From Acaryochloris marina S15 (GTDB lineage Bacteria; Cyanobacteriota; Cyanobacteriia; Thermosynechococcales; Thermosynechococcaceae): 32,000 nt of DNA. The position numbers were made by a program, and so were the translations under genes. Below are positions 16,198-25,786 of this stretch, piece by piece. Location: NCBI RefSeq assembly GCF_018336915.1, contig NZ_CP064923.1, positions 510,001 through 542,000 of the forward strand. Reading direction: 5' to 3'. Within the stretch, counting starts at the first letter, position 1; each line of letters begins with the position of its first letter. Below the pieces are notes generated by a model. That model did not search any database. It saw only the letters and a program-made list of their open reading frames with translations, and was not told where the DNA came from.

Positions 16198-18459
16198 TTA
16201 TACAGAGGTTTTGGCCATCGGCTGGGGTTCACATTTTTCTAAGGCAGCGATCAATTCCTTGATATTAATGGGTTTGGTGACATAGTCATCCATGCCAGCC
16301 TGCAAACATGTTTCGCGATCGCCCTGCATGGCATTGGCGGTCATGGCAATAATTCGAGGCCGCTCTGTTGGCGCCCCAGACTGGCAAATATGAGCAGTCG
16401 CTTCTAAGCCATCCATCTCAGGCATATGCACATCCATCAGAATGGCGTCATAGGGCTGGCGTTTCAGGGCCTGCAACACCTCCAATCCGTTTCCTACTAC
16501 ATCAGGGCGATATCCCATTTTGCCTAAAATCAGGACCGCCAGTTTCTGGTTCACAGGGTTATCTTCCGCTAGCAAAAGCCTCAAGGGATGTCGAACCGCC
16601 ATCTCGGTATCTAGCTGTGGTGTTGTGGATTTTTGCGGTTGGACCTCGTTGCCGGTCAAAGATTTTACCAGGGCATTATAGAGCTGGGATTGCTTCACAG
16701 GCTTGTTGAGCCAAGCTGAAAATAGTGCCTTGTGGCTGGCTAAATTCGGTGATTGACCAATCGACGTCAACATCACTAAGGGAAAGTCTTTTCCCCGATC
16801 ATGACTGCGGATTTTCTGAGCCAAGGTCAGACCATCCATTTCGGGCATTTGCATATCCAAAATGGCCAGATCAAAGGGACCTGCATGTTCCAGTAGCCCT
16901 AACGCTTCGTATCCAGAGGCTGCCACTTGGGGCCGCATTTTCCAGGCTTCTGTTTGGAGGGTGAGAACCCGCCGATTCGTATCATTGTCATCTACAATCA
17001 GCACCCGTTTATCGATTAAGGTGGCTGTGGGTAAGGTTTGGAGCAACTCCGTTGTGTCTTCTGTTTCGGCGGCCTGAATGGTAAAGGCAAAGGTAGACCC
17101 TTGACCTTCCGCACTTTCGACCCAAATTCGTCCCCCCATAAGCTCGCTTAACCGCTTACAGATTGCGAGCCCCAGTCCGGTCCCTCCAAATTCGCGAGTC
17201 GTAGAGGAATCCACCTGACTAAAGGATTTAAACAGGCGATCTTGGCGCTCTAGGGGAATGCCCATGCCCGTATCCCGGACGGCAAAACACAGCTCATATT
17301 TGGATGAATCTGTGGCAATCGATTGGGCTGTAACGCTCACCACTACTTCCCCTGATGAGGTGAACTTAATGGCATTCCCCAGTAGGTTCACTAAAATCTG
17401 ACGTAGGCGAGTCACGTCTCCCAAAATGGCCTTGGGCACATCAGTTTGAATAACCCCGGCTAACTCAATGTCTTTAGGACCGACCCGAGAGGCGACTAGC
17501 TCCAATGCGTCTTCGACACACACTCGCAAATTAAAGGCCTGATGTTCTAAGTCCAGCTTGCCCGCTTCAATTTTGGAGAAATCTAGAATGTCATTGATCA
17601 GGGTTAGGAGGCTGTCCCCGCTTTTGCGGATGGTTTCTGTAAATTCTTGCTGTTGAGCCGTTAACGTTGTATCTAGCAACAAACCCGTCATGCCAATCAC
17701 CCCATTCATGGGCGTGCGAATTTCGTGACTCATCATGGCGAGGAAGTCGTCTTTGGCTCGGGCGGCTGCGGTGGCTGCGGCATGCTTCTCTTGGATAATG
17801 CGATCGCCTCGATACACAATGACAAACAATACGCCGTACAGGATAGCCAATACCCCACTGGTACCCCACAAAATATTACGTTGGGTCGTTTCCACCTGAG
17901 CCATTAAAGGCGTGACATCGGTATATAGCTCAAATACCCCTTCGATCTTGCCCTTCGGCCCAGATGGACGCAGGGGAAGATAGCTGGAGAGGAGGTTGCG
18001 ATCGCTCACTCGACCCTGCATGCCCGTAAACGTATCTCGATGGTTGAGCAAAGAGCGGGCTTGGCCCTTAATCGCAATCTGAAACCCTTTGGATTGACGT
18101 TTATCTTGGCCAATTTGCTTCGTACTAGTGGAAAAAACAGTGCGGCCCTCTGTATCAAAGACCTTAATTTTCAAGATGGGTAATGCCTGGGCCCAGGTCT
18201 CGATCTCTTCCGTCAGCTTTAAAGTTTGGGGATGGGATTTCAGCTCTTTTGTACTCAAAGACTGGGTATTGCCTAAAAAAGGCCCATAGGTCTTCCATAA
18301 GGTATTGGCAAAAGACTGGGTTAGGGCAATATTCTTGGTTTCACTAACCTTCACGAGGCTTTGGATAGCGCGATCTCGGGTGTATTGATTCAGTGCCAGA
18401 ATGGCCACCACAAAAGCGATGAAACTGGTGACGGAGTAGTAGCGAAGTAGCTTAAACAC
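16198..18459 (-). CDS. Membrane hybrid sensor histidine kinase with two C-terminal receiver domains
   Basis: Two TM segments flank a ~170-aa external domain. H-box MSHEIRTPMNG, N-box NLLGNAIKFT, G-boxes RDTGMGI and GGTGLGLAI. Receivers: VLIVDDNDTN...LDMQMPEMDG and LLLAEDNPVN...MDVHMPEMDG...VTKP. Confidence 0.9.
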   Translation of the reverse strand: MFKLLRYYSVTSFIAFVVAILALNQYTRDRAIQSLVKVSETKNIALTQSFANTLWKTYGPFLGNTQSLSTKELKSHPQTLKLTEEIETWAQALPILKIKVFDTEGRTVFSTSTKQIGQDKRQSKGFQIAIKGQARSLLNHRDTFTGMQGRVSDRNLLSSYLPLRPSGPKGKIEGVFELYTDVTPLMAQVETTQRNILWGTSGVLAILYGVLFVIVYRGDRIIQEKHAAATAAARAKDDFLAMMSHEIRTPMNGVIGMTGLLLDTTLTAQQQEFTETIRKSGDSLLTLINDILDFSKIEAGKLDLEHQAFNLRVCVEDALELVASRVGPKDIELAGVIQTDVPKAILGDVTRLRQILVNLLGNAIKFTSSGEVVVSVTAQSIATDSSKYELCFAVRDTGMGIPLERQDRLFKSFSQVDSSTTREFGGTGLGLAICKRLSELMGGRIWVESAEGQGSTFAFTIQAAETEDTTELLQTLPTATLIDKRVLIVDDNDTNRRVLTLQTEAWKMRPQVAASGYEALGLLEHAGPFDLAILDMQMPEMDGLTLAQKIRSHDRGKDFPLVMLTSIGQSPNLASHKALFSAWLNKPVKQSQLYNALVKSLTGNEVQPQKSTTPQLDTEMAVRHPLRLLLAEDNPVNQKLAVLILGKMGYRPDVVGNGLEVLQALKRQPYDAILMDVHMPEMDGLEATAHICQSGAPTERPRIIAMTANAMQGDRETCLQAGMDDYVTKPINIKELIAALEKCEPQPMAKTSV

Positions 18460-18732
18460 ACAAGTACCCTGTGGAATAATGCACCATCGTCAGCACGATA
18501 TCTCATCTGAGCAGCGTGCTAGTGTCCGTAGAATGCCCATCTGGTTTGAGCAATCAACGGACGACTATTCTTTACTGATCAAAATATCTGAGGCCGAGGA
18601 GATGCTTTCTTCGATCAATGTAAAACTCTGATCTTTTGTAGCCCAGGCCCTAGCATTTCTCTGCAGAGAACGTCAGGATAAAGAGAAGGAACTGGTTTCC
18701 TTATTGTCATCCCCAAAGTCATAGTTACTTCC

Positions 18733-21700
18733 ATGCCTGAATTGCTCAGTGTTCTCGATCTTCGTTTGGTTTTAGAAAGTGTAGGTGCGCTCCTGTTGGT
18801 GACCGCTACGGTCGATACGCTGCGGCAACGTCAGCGGCAGATGCAGATCTCATCTGCATCTGAGGAACAACAACGGTCTATTGCCGATGACCAAACCCGT
18901 TTGCAGGCAAAGCTACAAACCCTTGCCACAGATAACGAGACGTTAACCACGGCCCTCGATCAGGCTAAAAAGGTAGTGGAGTCTCAGGAACAGAGCGTTG
19001 CTGAGTTAGAGCAGCGGTTCAGCCAGCAGCAACAGCAGCAACAGGCTTGGACAGACGAGAAACAGGCCCAACAGACTGCCTTACAAACCGAACTCGACAC
19101 TCAAAAGGCTCAATGCCAACAGCTTCAAGCTGAATTGGATCAGCGCAGGGCCATTAGTACAGAGCTGGAATCCCTCGCCGCAGCTAAAACCCAAGCCGAG
19201 GTTGATCTTCGCCAAACCCAATCCAAAATGCGGGGCTTACAGCTCCAAGTCGATACCCTGACTCAATCGCAACAGCCATTACAGGCTAAGGTGACGGCAG
19301 CAGAGCAGACTGCCAATTCCTTAACCCAAGCCAATGCCCAACTGGAACAGCAGCTCAAAAAACTGACCCAGGCGCAGCAACAAGACCAATCTCAGGCAAC
19401 GCAAGCCCAAGCAACGATTCAAACCCTCGAACAGCAGCTCAGCAAACTAACCCAGGCGCGGCAGCAAGACCAATCTCAGGTGATGCAAGCCCAGGCAACG
19501 ATTCAAGCCCTCGAACAGCAGCTCAGCAACCTGACCCAGACGCAACAGCAAGACCAGTCTCAGGCGACGCAAGCCCAGGCAACGATTCAAACCCTTGAAC
19601 AGCAGGTTGCCATCTTGACCGCGACGCAAGAGACATTAGAAAGCCAACTGGAACTGCAGACCCAACGGGATCTTCAGCGTCAGAACTTAGCGACGGAAGT
19701 GGCAGGGCTTCAGGATCAAATCGTGGCTCTCACGACCCAAAACCAGAGCTTAGATGAGGATCGAGCCGCTGCCCATCTGGAGAAGGACAGTCTGACCCAG
19801 CACCTAGAGACCTTAACGGTCACCAATGCCCAGTTAGCCACCACCCAAACTGAAACGGTCCAGCAGCTCTCTGCTCTCACTCAAACTCATCAGAATCTGG
19901 AGCAAGCTCATGCTCAGCTCACGGCCGAGCTAGAAGGGCTGCATCATGCTCAAACGACTCTCCCGAACCTTCGCCAAGAAAAGCAAACTCTGGAGTCCCT
20001 GGTTGCAGAGCAAAAGCAAGAAATTGATGCTTTAACCAGCCGACTGACCACGGCCAAAGATCTGCAACGGCAGTTGGCAGAAGATTATGAAACGGCCCAG
20101 ACCTCCTTGTCTGCCTTAGAAACCCAAGACACAGACTTCAACACTGAATTGGCCGTAGATCTCCAAGATGCCCATGCCCAAATTAAGACCCTTCAGCAAA
20201 ACCTAGAGGCCCTGACCCAAAACAATCAAGATCTGCTCAACCAGGCCGCCTCCGTTCCATCTGAGCAACCTCAAGCCCTACAAGAACTAGAACAGGCCCT
20301 GCAATCAGCTCAATCTAGGGACCAACAACAACAGCAACAGTTGCAAGACCTAGTCCAAGAAAAAGAGACCCTCACCGCTACGCTGCAAGGGACTCAATCC
20401 GACATGACTGAGTTACAGCAACAGATTGAATCCTTAACCCGACAGCAGCAGGAGTTGGAGGCCAGTCTGGAGCAGACCCAAACGGCAGATTCCAGCTTGA
20501 TCACCGAACTCACCACCAATCAGCAACAGCTCACCATCGAGCTGGCCGAGGCTCAAGATCTGGTGACCCACCTGCGCCAGCAAATTTTGGATCTGGAAAC
20601 AACCCAAGAGGCTCAACCCACTCACACAGATATTGAAGCCCTGACTCAAACCAACCAAACCCTATCTGCAGAACTGACAGAATCACAAACGGCATTGGCG
20701 ACCCTGAGGCAGCAACTACAGACTCTAGAGCAGCAACAACAAAGCCTAGAGACTGAACAAGATGAGGTCACTAAGGGCCAGTCCACCACTATCGCCACCC
20801 TAGAATCCCAGCTGCACACCCTGCAACAAGAACGGGAGGTTCTCAATCAGCAGGTTGCGGAATATCAAGACCATCTCCCGCCTTTGCAACAGCAGATTAC
20901 GGATTTAGAACAACAGCGACAAACCCTAGAGTCGGCATTACAAAGTGCTGAGGCTCAAGCCCAACAGCTGGAGCGACAGCTTAATACGCTTAATCAAGGA
21001 CAGAACCAAACCCAACAAGACTTACAGGCCCAGAAGCAACAGGTCATCACCCTCGGACAACAGGTGCAGACCCTGGAAGCGGAGAAAATTCAATTAACGT
21101 CTGCCCTCACAGCAGCTGAAGCCGCCCCCATTCCATTGCAGGAAGCCTTACAGGTTGCTCAAACTGAACAGACCCAACTAGAGCAACAGCTCACAACCCT
21201 GACCCAGCAAAATCAGGATCTGCAAGTCTCTTTGGACCAGGCGTCTAATACCTCGGCTTTGGAAACAGAGTTAGCAGAGGTCAAAGCGGAGAAGGCTCAA
21301 TTAACGTCAGCTCTTAAAGTTGCTGAAGCTGCCCCGATTCCATTGCAAGAAGCCTTACAGGTTGCTCAATCTGAACAGGTTCACCTAGAGCAACAGCTAG
21401 CAGCATTAACAAAGCAAAACCAGGATTTGCAAGTCTCTTTGGAGCAGGCCTCTGATACGTCAGTTTTGGATGCGGAGTTAGCGGAGGTGCAAGCAGAGAA
21501 GATGCAATTAACTGCGGCTTTGCAAACTGCTGAAGCTGCCCCACTGCCTTTGCAAGAAGCATTACAGGTTGCCGAAGCTGAACAGGTCCGACTAGAACAA
21601 CAGCTAATAGTATTAACCAAGCAAAATCAGGATCTGCAAGTTTCTTTAGGCCAAGCCGCTGATACCTCAGCTTTGGACGCAGAGTTAGCTGAAGTGCAAG

Positions 21701-22689
21701 CAGAATGCGATCGCATCTCCCAATCCCAACAAACAGCAGAAACCACCATCCAAACTCTGACCCAAGCCAACGCTCGACTCGAAGCCGATCTGCAACAGGC
21801 TACAACCTTGACGGCAGAAGTAGACCAATTAACTCAGGCTCAGCAGGACTTGCGGGCAGAGCTATCGCAAACTGAAGGGGAGAAACAGGAGTTGCAGGCC
21901 GAGCTATCGCAAACTGAAGGGGAGAAACGAGAGTTGCGGGCCGAGCTATCACAAACTGAAGGGGAGAAACGAGAGTTGCGATCGCAACTCCAAACCTTGG
22001 AACAGCAGATAGTAGATCTGCAATCTTCGACATCATCCGTGAACCGAGAACAGCAGGAGCTGAAGGCAGCACGCGATCAGCTGCAGCAAAACTACGACAC
22101 TGCGACTGCCGAAATCACGACTCTACAGCAGCAAATCCAAACCTTAGAACAACAGGCTGCAGAGCTGCCCGACTTGGGTGATGCCTTACCTGAACAGATG
22201 ATGGCAGCAATGAAAGAGGCGGACCAACATATCACCACCCTGGAAACCCAAGTCAAAACCCTGAAGAAAGACAAGGCAGAGCTGGAAAAAGCGATGAAAA
22301 TGGCCAGGGACGTCGTCTCTCATTTTGAGCAACAAGTTGATACCCTCATCCAAGAGAAGCAACAGTTAGAACAGCAATTTCAGTCGTCTGCCCCAGCCGA
22401 TTCTGCATCGGCGTCACCAGAAGTCGTACCTGAATCTCAACCGGGTCTCCCCCTCTCAGGGCAAAGTTTTGTCATCACAGGCAAGCTGGCCCAGCTTAGT
22501 TATGAACAAGTGAAAACAATCATTCAGGAAGCAGGCGGCACCATCAATACCCACCCCAGTTCTAAAACCAGCTATGTCGTCGTGGGTAAAGACCCTGGCA
22601 ACAAGCTGAAAAAGGCTGAGAAATATAGCATTCCGCAATTATCAGAGCAGCAGCTGATAGAGCTACTGGGCTTAGATCTCTCTGCCTAA
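18733..22689 (+). CDS. Giant Gln-rich coiled-coil protein with a C-terminal LigA-type BRCT domain
   Basis: 1318 aa of almost continuous Q/E/L/T/A-rich sequence. The last ~80 aa (about 22450..22680), LSGQSFVITGKLAQLSYEQVKTIIQEAGGTINTHPSSKTSYVVVGKDPGNKLKKAEKYSIPQLSEQQLIELLG, match the BRCT pattern at the C-terminus of NAD-dependent DNA ligase. Confidence 0.85.
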   Translation: MPELLSVLDLRLVLESVGALLLVTATVDTLRQRQRQMQISSASEEQQRSIADDQTRLQAKLQTLATDNETLTTALDQAKKVVESQEQSVAELEQRFSQQQQQQQAWTDEKQAQQTALQTELDTQKAQCQQLQAELDQRRAISTELESLAAAKTQAEVDLRQTQSKMRGLQLQVDTLTQSQQPLQAKVTAAEQTANSLTQANAQLEQQLKKLTQAQQQDQSQATQAQATIQTLEQQLSKLTQARQQDQSQVMQAQATIQALEQQLSNLTQTQQQDQSQATQAQATIQTLEQQVAILTATQETLESQLELQTQRDLQRQNLATEVAGLQDQIVALTTQNQSLDEDRAAAHLEKDSLTQHLETLTVTNAQLATTQTETVQQLSALTQTHQNLEQAHAQLTAELEGLHHAQTTLPNLRQEKQTLESLVAEQKQEIDALTSRLTTAKDLQRQLAEDYETAQTSLSALETQDTDFNTELAVDLQDAHAQIKTLQQNLEALTQNNQDLLNQAASVPSEQPQALQELEQALQSAQSRDQQQQQQLQDLVQEKETLTATLQGTQSDMTELQQQIESLTRQQQELEASLEQTQTADSSLITELTTNQQQLTIELAEAQDLVTHLRQQILDLETTQEAQPTHTDIEALTQTNQTLSAELTESQTALATLRQQLQTLEQQQQSLETEQDEVTKGQSTTIATLESQLHTLQQEREVLNQQVAEYQDHLPPLQQQITDLEQQRQTLESALQSAEAQAQQLERQLNTLNQGQNQTQQDLQAQKQQVITLGQQVQTLEAEKIQLTSALTAAEAAPIPLQEALQVAQTEQTQLEQQLTTLTQQNQDLQVSLDQASNTSALETELAEVKAEKAQLTSALKVAEAAPIPLQEALQVAQSEQVHLEQQLAALTKQNQDLQVSLEQASDTSVLDAELAEVQAEKMQLTAALQTAEAAPLPLQEALQVAEAEQVRLEQQLIVLTKQNQDLQVSLGQAADTSALDAELAEVQAECDRISQSQQTAETTIQTLTQANARLEADLQQATTLTAEVDQLTQAQQDLRAELSQTEGEKQELQAELSQTEGEKRELRAELSQTEGEKRELRSQLQTLEQQIVDLQSSTSSVNREQQELKAARDQLQQNYDTATAEITTLQQQIQTLEQQAAELPDLGDALPEQMMAAMKEADQHITTLETQVKTLKKDKAELEKAMKMARDVVSHFEQQVDTLIQEKQQLEQQFQSSAPADSASASPEVVPESQPGLPLSGQSFVITGKLAQLSYEQVKTIIQEAGGTINTHPSSKTSYVVVGKDPGNKLKKAEKYSIPQLSEQQLIELLGLDLSA
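19351..19602 (+). repeat. Three tandem 84-bp (28-aa) coding repeats
   Basis: QLKKLTQAQQQDQSQATQAQATIQTLEQ / QLSKLTQARQQDQSQVMQAQATIQALEQ / QLSNLTQTQQQDQSQATQAQATIQTLEQ. DNA copies start at 19351, 19435 and 19519. Confidence 0.9.
21082..21702 (+). repeat. Three tandem 207-bp (69-aa) coding repeats
   Basis: The unit EKxQLTSALxxAEAAPIPLQEALQVAQxEQxxLEQQLxxLTxQNQDLQVSLxQAxxTSxLxxELAEVxA starts at 21082, 21289 and 21496. Confidence 0.9.
21859..21984 (+). repeat. Three tandem 42-bp (14-aa) coding repeats
   Basis: ELSQTEGEKQELQA / ELSQTEGEKRELRA / ELSQTEGEKRELRS. Confidence 0.9.
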
Positions 22690-22848
22690 GCAGTCCAGCA
22701 GCTCCCGAGGGCTTTGTTGCAAAATTTTGCAGTCCTCAAAGAAATATAGAATTCCATTTCTCCCGCGTTAGCAAACCCGCCGAGCCTCAGGTAGGTATGT
22801 GAAAATCGTATTCGGATTTTCTGGCCTATACCCTTAGGAGTTATTTTC

Positions 22849-22983
22849 ATGACAGTGCGCACCATCACAGATCAACAAACTACGATTCGCTTTTCCGGCT
22901 ATAAGCTGGATGATGCTGATGCTTGGCTCGAAACTTTAAAAGAGAATGGACGCCCTGTTCATGGAGAGTTGGCAAAAAGCTAA
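22849..22983 (+). CDS. Small hypothetical protein, 44 aa (below the ORF-track length cutoff)
   Basis: ATG at 22849 is preceded by AGGAG (22836..22840) with 8-nt spacing. Product: MTVRTITDQQTTIRFSGYKLDDADAWLETLKENGRPVHGELAKS, TAA at 22981. A rho-independent terminator lies 68 nt downstream. No homology is recognised. Confidence 0.45.
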   Translation: MTVRTITDQQTTIRFSGYKLDDADAWLETLKENGRPVHGELAKS

Positions 22984-23051
22984 GCTTGTTCTCAACTTTC
23001 ATTCTGCCCAACGTATGTTCCATCGTTAGGCTAGAGTTCCTCTTCTGATGC

Positions 23052-23085
23052 AATACCCTCGACAGGATGCGAGGGTATTTTTTAT
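23052..23085 (+). terminator. Rho-independent terminator
   Basis: aataccctcg (23052..23061), loop acaggatg, cgagggtatt (23070..23079). It runs into a T tract (tattttttat). Confidence 0.7.
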
Positions 23086-23667
23086 GGCATTTCTTTTGCA
23101 TAAATTGCAGATCACCACTAAAAGCTCTCAGGAAGTGGGATTGCCAATGATCACTATCACTATAAATCTCTGCTTAGGATCACCTGCTAGGACTGCTGGT
23201 GGGGGTAGGATCGTGCAAACATTCGAAATGGTGCCAATGATTATTTGACATTACCCAGTAGATTAATCAGAGAAAATCGCTAGTTTTAACGAAGACGAAG
23301 ATTAAGCACATTGTGAGCGTCTCAATTGGTGAATGAGGAGACGATCTCAGCCGTCTTGAACATAGGAATTTTGCGGCCATTTTTTCTGATAAGTGCTAGT
23401 TGTGGCCCAATTCAGGGAATATTAGATGCGAACTTGGTTTCAGTGAATCAGCCAGCGTTTCAAACGCAGGCATAGAATCCTCTTCAATAATTTAGTCCAT
23501 AAATACCCATGTTGGCGTTCATTGACTAAACAACCCATGATGCGCTTACAATTGAGCTTTTCATCAATCATCAAAAGGTTCGATTCAAATCTTTTTTTCG
23601 GCTTCAGATAATCGGTTTTTTCTGTTTCACCCACGCGATCTAATTTTCTTTTTTGAGGAGATATTTA

Positions 23668-25308
23668 ATGGCAACCAAATGGAAACTGATTGTTCCTGGA
23701 ATTATCGCGGGTGCAGTCGCGATTGGGGGAATTGCTGCATATTTTTACCTGAAAGTCATTCCTGCCCAAGAAGGAACCAGTCCAGTCGCCAGTGCAAAAA
23801 TTGTGCCCGATGAAGCCTGGATGGCAGGCTATGTTGATATTACGTCTGACTCTTGGGATAAGCTGAAAGATTTTGGTACGCCAGAAGCCCAAGATATTGT
23901 GTTCGGTGGTTTCGACACGATGACTGCTGACATCAAAAAAGAGTTAGCAAAAGATAAGCTGGATTACGATAAGGACATCAAGCCTTGGCTAGGCAGCGTC
24001 ATGTTTGCAGCGGTTCCTGCGAGCGAAGACCAACCCACTCCTAGTATGTTGATGGTCATTGGCATTAAAGACAAAGTAGAAGTCTTAAACTTTGCCAATA
24101 AGATGAAAGACAAGGAAGATCTAGACGTCAAAGAGACTGACCATAAAGGCGTCAAGATTTTAGAAATTGATAATTCAGGCTCTCCTAGCTTTGTGGCGAT
24201 TCTCGATAATCACCTAGCCATGTCTGACAATCAAGATGTTGTCAAAAAAGCCATTGATTCATCGAAAGGTGATCCGTCCTTGGCCTCTGATGGTGAGACC
24301 CGGAAGATCCTGGAAGAAAGCATGAAGATGGACAACCCCGTTGCTCAAATCTTCATCCCCGACTACGGGAAACTGATTACGCAGGCGGCAGCTTTCAATC
24401 CCAGTAATCCGCTTCCTCCTCAGCTAAAGGATCAACTGAATCAAATTAAATCTGTGTCGGTCGGCATGGGCATTGACAATGAAGGCGTTCGGTTCCGAGC
24501 CGTGACCAAAGTCAATCCCGACTCCTTTAAATGGGAATTTAAGCCAGTTCCCGGCAAAATTATTTCCCAGTTTCCGGCCAATACCCTGTTATCAGCTAAT
24601 GCAGGAGACCTGAGCAGCCAGTGGAATTACGCCCTCGAGCAGCTAGACAGCGTACCTGAATTTAAAGAAGGCTTAGATGAAGTCCGGCAGCAGATTCGTC
24701 AAACCACCCAGCTTGATTTGGATAAAGACATTATTGGCTGGATGGATAAAGAAGTGGGCCTAGCACTCATTCCAGGAAATCAAGGTCTCTTGCAATCCGT
24801 GGGCTTTGGTGGAACCTTGATCTTCAAAACAAGCGATCGCGCCAAAGCTGAGGCAACCTTTGCCAAACTGGATGACCTAGTCAAACAAAGCAATGTCCCT
24901 GTCAACAAGAGCAAAATTGGCAATGTTGATGTGACTCAGTGGCAGTTTCCGCCGACTAAAGAAACCCTAGCCGGCCATGGCTGGATTGATGAGGAAACAG
25001 TGTTCTTCGCCATTGGTGACCCCATCATCAAGGTCATGGCTAAACCCGAAAAAACACTGGATCAGAGCGAGACATTTAAGTCCGTCACGCGAACCTTACC
25101 CGAATCGAATTCAGGTTACTTCTTCGTCAATATGGATGAAGCGAACAAAGTCATTTTGACTAATCCGGCCATTACCAGCCAAGGTCTGATTACGCCTGAA
25201 GTCGAAGCGGTTCTCAAATCCATTCGGGGCATTGGTGTTGCCAGCACCCAAATGGATAAGTCTACCTATACAGGCGATGTCCTCTTAGCACTGAAGCCCA
25301 AATCATAA
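23668..25308 (+). CDS. N-terminally membrane-anchored hypothetical protein, DUF3352-like
   Basis: ATG at 23668 with GAGGAG 7 nt upstream; the ORF-track TTG at 23653 is less likely. TM anchor LIVPGIIAGAVAIGGIAAYFYL, then a ~520-aa soluble domain. Size and cyanobacterial context fit my recollection of DUF3352, which was not searched. Confidence 0.7.
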   Translation: MATKWKLIVPGIIAGAVAIGGIAAYFYLKVIPAQEGTSPVASAKIVPDEAWMAGYVDITSDSWDKLKDFGTPEAQDIVFGGFDTMTADIKKELAKDKLDYDKDIKPWLGSVMFAAVPASEDQPTPSMLMVIGIKDKVEVLNFANKMKDKEDLDVKETDHKGVKILEIDNSGSPSFVAILDNHLAMSDNQDVVKKAIDSSKGDPSLASDGETRKILEESMKMDNPVAQIFIPDYGKLITQAAAFNPSNPLPPQLKDQLNQIKSVSVGMGIDNEGVRFRAVTKVNPDSFKWEFKPVPGKIISQFPANTLLSANAGDLSSQWNYALEQLDSVPEFKEGLDEVRQQIRQTTQLDLDKDIIGWMDKEVGLALIPGNQGLLQSVGFGGTLIFKTSDRAKAEATFAKLDDLVKQSNVPVNKSKIGNVDVTQWQFPPTKETLAGHGWIDEETVFFAIGDPIIKVMAKPEKTLDQSETFKSVTRTLPESNSGYFFVNMDEANKVILTNPAITSQGLITPEVEAVLKSIRGIGVASTQMDKSTYTGDVLLALKPKS

Positions 25309-25330
25309 GAGTCATAGTCTGATTTTGATG

Positions 25331-25366
25331 AGAGCTAGTTGGGTTATTCTCGACTAGCTTTTTTGT
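25331..25366 (+). terminator. Rho-independent terminator
   Basis: Stem agagctagttg / cgactagcttt (11 pairs including two G-U), 9-nt loop, followed by the T run ctttttttg. It begins 23 nt after the stop codon at 25308. Confidence 0.7.
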
Positions 25367-25786
25367 TGCTAAAAGACGAGCAGTAAAGCATTGATCATCT
25401 ACTTGATCGCCTATATTGATATGTCGAGATTAATGAAGGTGCGGGTATTCAAACGTCAATTTAGTAATACGAGAACCATCCCGTATATTGCATCCTAGCC
25501 ATTGATCAATAAGCATCCGTAACTCTCAACGGAACTGGGGTAAAGTCCTGAACGACTTCCTGCAACGAAATCTGTCAGGTTGGAGTAGCCAAAATTGAGG
25601 AATTAATGCCAGTCCCATACCCTCAACACTTCCTACTGGCATCTCATAAGTGTCTCTCATTCCCACTGGAGCATCAACTCAACTCTAGCTATTCAGAGGT
25701 GAGGGCAACATTATGTCCATGTGGAGAATTACTCCTGACGGTTTCGGGAGTTTGTCGGGAGCTACCCTAACCGGTTAAAGAAACGA

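Noticed and set aside
23577-23586. ggttcgattc, a tRNA T-loop-like motif.
   Set aside because: The flanking bases cannot form a T-stem or an acceptor stem, and there is no cloverleaf. I recognised no tRNA anywhere in the window.
23440-23634. A 64-aa minus-strand ORF (MGETEKTDYLKPKKRF…KRWLIH).
   Set aside because: It has a GTG start and no SD, and its AT-rich, biased composition carries no recognisable motif. I cannot support it as a gene; it may be a gene remnant.
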